Positions 59,531-64,000 of a stretch of DNA of 64,000 bases are shown here, one piece after another; within the stretch, counting starts at the first letter, position 1, and each line of letters begins with the position of its first letter. The notes beneath the pieces are model-generated. The model had not been told where the DNA came from. It did not search any database and was given only the letters and a program-made list of their open reading frames with translations. The translations under genes were made by a program, and so were the position numbers. The DNA comes from Phoronis australis (taxonomy: Eukaryota; Animalia; Phoronida), in contig NMRA01000232.1 in NCBI GenBank assembly GCA_002633005.1, positions 213,181 through 277,180 on the forward strand. Direction: 5' to 3'.

Positions 59531-62500
59531 CAGTTCATAACTATGTTAGAAACTAAGCGCTTGATGCTGGAGCTTGAATGAATCTGAAGTTCATTTTCGG
59601 GCTTTTTGAGTGCCGGGGGTGTCTACTGGTCTTGAAAAAAGGTGTCTAGTGCAACTTCGGTATCGGCCGATGACGCTGAGGTCCGAGCGAAACACATGCC
59701 ACACTAGATTATTTTTGCCTTGGTTTGACATCGAGAAAATAAACGACTACTCATCCTATGGTTCCGAGTTATTAATAACCGCCTCGTCGGATGGGCACGA
59801 TCCCTCTCAACTTCCTATCAGAATTCCAACGACCTGTCGGCGTGTGTCAGAGTGCCATGCACCGTCCTGGCGCACGCCATACGCGTGCGCAACATATGGT
59901 AAACATTAGCTAAGATAAACGAAATCCGACTCTCGCAACCTCCGGAGCGAAAACTGAGAAGCCACAAGTGTTTCGCCGTAAATTACCTCCTCGTCTGAAG
60001 AACTGATATAAACACTCACGCTGCCCATTCAATATACCAAAGAAATTCGCATTTCTTGTCGCGTATTTAAACGTTCATGCATCAAATTAGTCCACGCTTG
60101 TTACTTGGCGATTTGTTTTGTTGGTGAATTATAAAGGATGTTGGGACTAAATTGAAATTAAAATACGAATGCCCATCAGTGTCAATGGCGTTTGTGAATA
60201 CATCTGAATACATCATTCAGCCTGTAGGAAAGGGGATCACGTTAATGTACGAATGGACAACAAAATGTTGTACGAGATGCTTATAAAACAATCGAAGCTT
60301 TCCTCAAAACGGTGGACGAGAGGCACTGTGGACGAGAGAGGTGGCAAAGGCTGTTAACGCAGACTATCGTCATTCATGTCACACAGCAACTTATCACCCC
60401 AGGTTACCACAAGCAACGCTGCCCATTTAAACGTCATCATATTGAATGTCACGAGAAATGATCAACAGTTTTCTCTGTCGCAGTGAGACTGTCATCAGTG
60501 TCATGTCACGATTATTAAATGCAGGCGACTAAACGGCTTGCAGATTCCAACTTTCTCGGTGTCACCCAGTTGCAGAAACAAAGTCCGTATACCCACTTAG
60601 CTAATTACGCAGTTTGCAGCTGTCTGATACGGAGGATTCTTCCACTGACTTCTCAACATCATTTTGTATGGCGTAATGTTCAGTTTAATTCGGTTTGAGA
60701 ACAACCGTCTAGTAATGTTTATTGCTCACACACATTTCCAATAACACCACCACGAAGGCAAAAGGTACAACTTAGGTATGTATTTAACCTAACAGTAACC
60801 CATTCACATGGGTGCTTATAATTTACTGGCAGACGTTCACTTGACTCAATACGGCTGCACGGCGGTCTTCTTAGTCATCATGTAATTTGTAATTACCAAT
60901 TTGTCTGGCAACTTTTGTCTGCAAAATTTGACAACAGAAGCATCGAATCGCGAGCACTCTCCCTGGTATAATTCTTGGTATCATCTACCATCAGTTTTCA
61001 AGTCTTGTCGTCTGTGCATCCGGGCATTTGACTTTCTAATTGCGCTCAAGTGACACCCACCCGCCACAAACAGCAATTTCGATGCGGATTATAACTATAT
61101 TATTATATCGTGTTGTTTATACTTCATGTCGTTCGGTAATGACACGTCTTGATACGTCGTCTCGTTAACGCTCGTTCGAAGTACGGACAGTATTCGATGT
61201 CAACACCGCCATTGTTTTCGCGAAAATTGTTTGACAGTTTGACTGGATTCGTCAGACGATGCACGGCGTTCAATAACATTCCCATGAGTCACTTGGCGTG
61301 GTGACGGCGGAAATGCGGGTGAGCACAAAACAGGAAAGTGTGAGATCAAGTTTGAAGACAATTACTTTAGAATAAGTTGATCCGTGCAGTCCGCTCTTCA
61401 ATTGTGTTTTTACCATGATCGTTGTGAAAATTGTTAAGTCTTCACGAGTTTGTATCCAATCATACTGCCTTACAAATAATAGCGTTAAAATTCAGTTTAT
61501 CTACAAGAACAAAAATTTTTCAAATTTTTATTAAAAGTTGGTGAACTTGCACGAGTTCGATGTTTTCCAATCAAAGACGAGTTTCCGAATTCTCGTGACA
61601 TTGAACAAGCGTTATAAATATTGTGTGTTATTCACTGGCAAGCGATTTATGCGCTTTGTGCACTAAATAGCCAACGTTAAATTGTTGAAACGCTGGCAAA
61701 GATCGTGTAAATATTTGAATGTGCCAACAACTTGACGTTCGGGTGAAACAACTGCTAGCAACATCCATTGTTCAGAAAACGGTTTGTTCTGGCCGAGGCT
61801 TCCCGAATTCACCCTGTGAAACGCCGTTCAACTACATGGAAAATGGTGAAGCTGTTAGCCCTTCGGCCATTCATTTTCGCACATCTTTTCAACCAAAGTT
61901 AAAAAGTATAGATGAGGCCAAAAAGTATAGTTGCTTTTGATCTCTGCTTTTTGAAAATCAAATCGACGGTGTGATATTTTTCAATTGCTCACTTTTTCAA
62001 AAAAATCCACCTGAGGGAAACAAAGCGATGCTTTATTTGTGTTTATTTTTACGCACCGCTTGGTAAATCATAGCGTTTCAAACCTTGCTTACGTGCCTTT
62101 GAGCAGCTTTTCAAGAAAACACCAGATCTCTGAAATTGATGCGGGCTGGCATTTGTTAGTGGGTGAGCGCAGGTCTCGAAATGAGTCAGTGTAGAGAACA
62201 TACTTTTAAGCCTTTAATAACAAAGACCCTTCCGTATGTCTTTGCTGCTAGAAAAAGGGACCTTTTGTAGAACATCGACCTCTCGGCAGGAATTAACTTG
62301 GTCAAGAAAAGGCTCCCCGTCAAAATGAATTTTGTCTGAAAACTGCCCTTTCGTAAGAAAACTGTTCGTGAAAATGTCACTCCCCTGAGCGGCACGTCCC
62401 GTTTACGCTTTCTATCAAAATATCCCTGCCCCCATTCCCAGTCCAGCTTTTGAGCTTCATAACCACTTTTGCAAAACATACTTCACCACAAAATTATATT

Positions 62501-64000
62501 CTTTTGCATTTTCCGTACGTACCCGTCACGCTTTTCCAAATACAAAAATGCATGGCACTGCATATTTATAGGACAGTAGTCAAAAATGCTGTTTTTCAAG
62601 TTGGAGGTAATACTATTGGAAATAATCGGGATCAGTTCATTTCTACGCCGTATAGTGTCCTTGCGATATTGCCACAGTTATTTTTCCAAGGCTTTTTTTG
62701 TGTACAGGAATGTCACACAAGGTCTGCGTAGATGCGTCGAGTGCTGGGTACTGGGTAAGCCAAGGTTTCGCAGCCCTGCTCTGGCCTACGAGGCAACATG
62801 GGGGGCGCATACAGGGGATACAGGGTGTCTGGACACCTTTTGTTCAAAGCTGCAAACAAAAAGCACGGGAATGCAGACGATTTCATTAGACCGCTATGCG
62901 CAGAGATCACGACACTAAATTTCATTACCCGTTTTATACCCATTGTTTGTGATATGTAATTAGAAACTCATCGTTTTACTGAAACATCTCCTTCCGTAGA
63001 AAGCTTGATACGCCATTGGGACGCGTAATAGTATGTCAGATGCACGACATAAATTACTATGTCTAATTTTTGCGCATTTTTCTCGTAATTTGATGTCTAT
63101 GCAACACGCTACTGTACACCATGTCTACGCTACCCTACGAAAGTCCGACGAAAGCTCCTTACTACATGCACAACCGGACTTCGCAGGGACGACGGCATTC
63201 CTGCGCACAGAAATATTTTTTCATGTGTGTGCAGCCTAATTTCGGCGTACTCGCGGGCCCACTTAACATATGACGTCGTGTGAATCTTACTGTAACAACA
63301 CGTTAACATGTAGGCTATATCCTAGAATGAAATTCTGCCATCTTCAGAATTTTTTTTAATTCAACTTTAAATTTTATTTTAGTCGACAAAACTTGTTTGC
63401 CGTTTTACAGTCAGCGATAAAAGCCAATGCTGAACGAGAATTGGTGACATCATTGACCACGTGACGTCTCCTAATGACTCATTTTCACACCTGCGCTGAT
63501 TACACACCTTCGTGTCCTGATTATACACACCTTACGGGAAGTACCTACCTGTTGAATACCGAGTTATTAAAGTAATGGAATTTAAATCCCATCCTAATGC
63601 TGGTTTGTTCTTTGTTAACGAAATGTGCTGTTATTATTCAGTATTCGAGGAATTTTCACAGTCAGTCGGTGAGGTACAATTAACATTGTCATAAAATCGA
63701 TTTTTGCCATGTCGGCGTTTCCGGATCAAGATGTTTTCAGACGAGTTTTCAAAAATGAAATGAGAGTGGCTAATAACTCAATCCCTCTATTTCAAAAAGC
63801 CTCACTATATGCAAAAATGTCAGATTAGGCAATCAAATTGAAATTTTTGTTAGGGAAATTTAATGTGTTTAACCATTGTTTTAAGTTGCCGAGATACAAC
63901 AAGTCTGGATAATTAACTTTGGCCTTGTGTTGCCTTGTTGTATGACAACACTTCAGACGGTAAAGTTCTCACTTCTGGGAAATACTGACACGTGCACGCC

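Overview
This is AT-rich, repeat-dense animal genomic DNA, not prokaryotic. Spliceosomal introns, vertebrate-like intron positions and the transposon families suggest an invertebrate deuterostome-like genome; I cannot determine the species. Most of the supplied ORF track is noise. Manual splicing gives three genes. (1) Two 5' exons of a histone deacetylase 8-like gene on the - strand (991-1262 and 163-243), continuing out of the window, with an unusual ~85-aa N-terminal extension. (2) A complete CTP synthase on the + strand (12216-32432; 15 coding exons, 593 aa, all GT-AG, all phases consistent). (3) A complete pre-mRNA splicing factor SYF2 on the - strand (43237-37709; 7 exons, 228 aa), convergent with CTPS. 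The rest is non-autonomous DNA transposons: Helentron-type HINEs, a 5.1 kb palindromic Academ-like element, hAT MITEs with 5-, 6-, 7- and 8-bp TSDs, fold-backs and an LTR end. The ~20 kb beyond 43.3 kb has no confident gene. I found no CRISPR array, rRNA or intact tRNA. Best leads: a duplicated poison/recursive AG|GT acceptor at CTPS exon 2; a giant intronic hairpin with a recently homogenised core; a transposon-borne array of CTCF consensus motifs; a KEN/SUMO/NLS-bearing extension on HDAC8; and a possible C-initiating, uORF-containing leader for CTP synthase. All coordinates and identities were read by eye; no searches were run.
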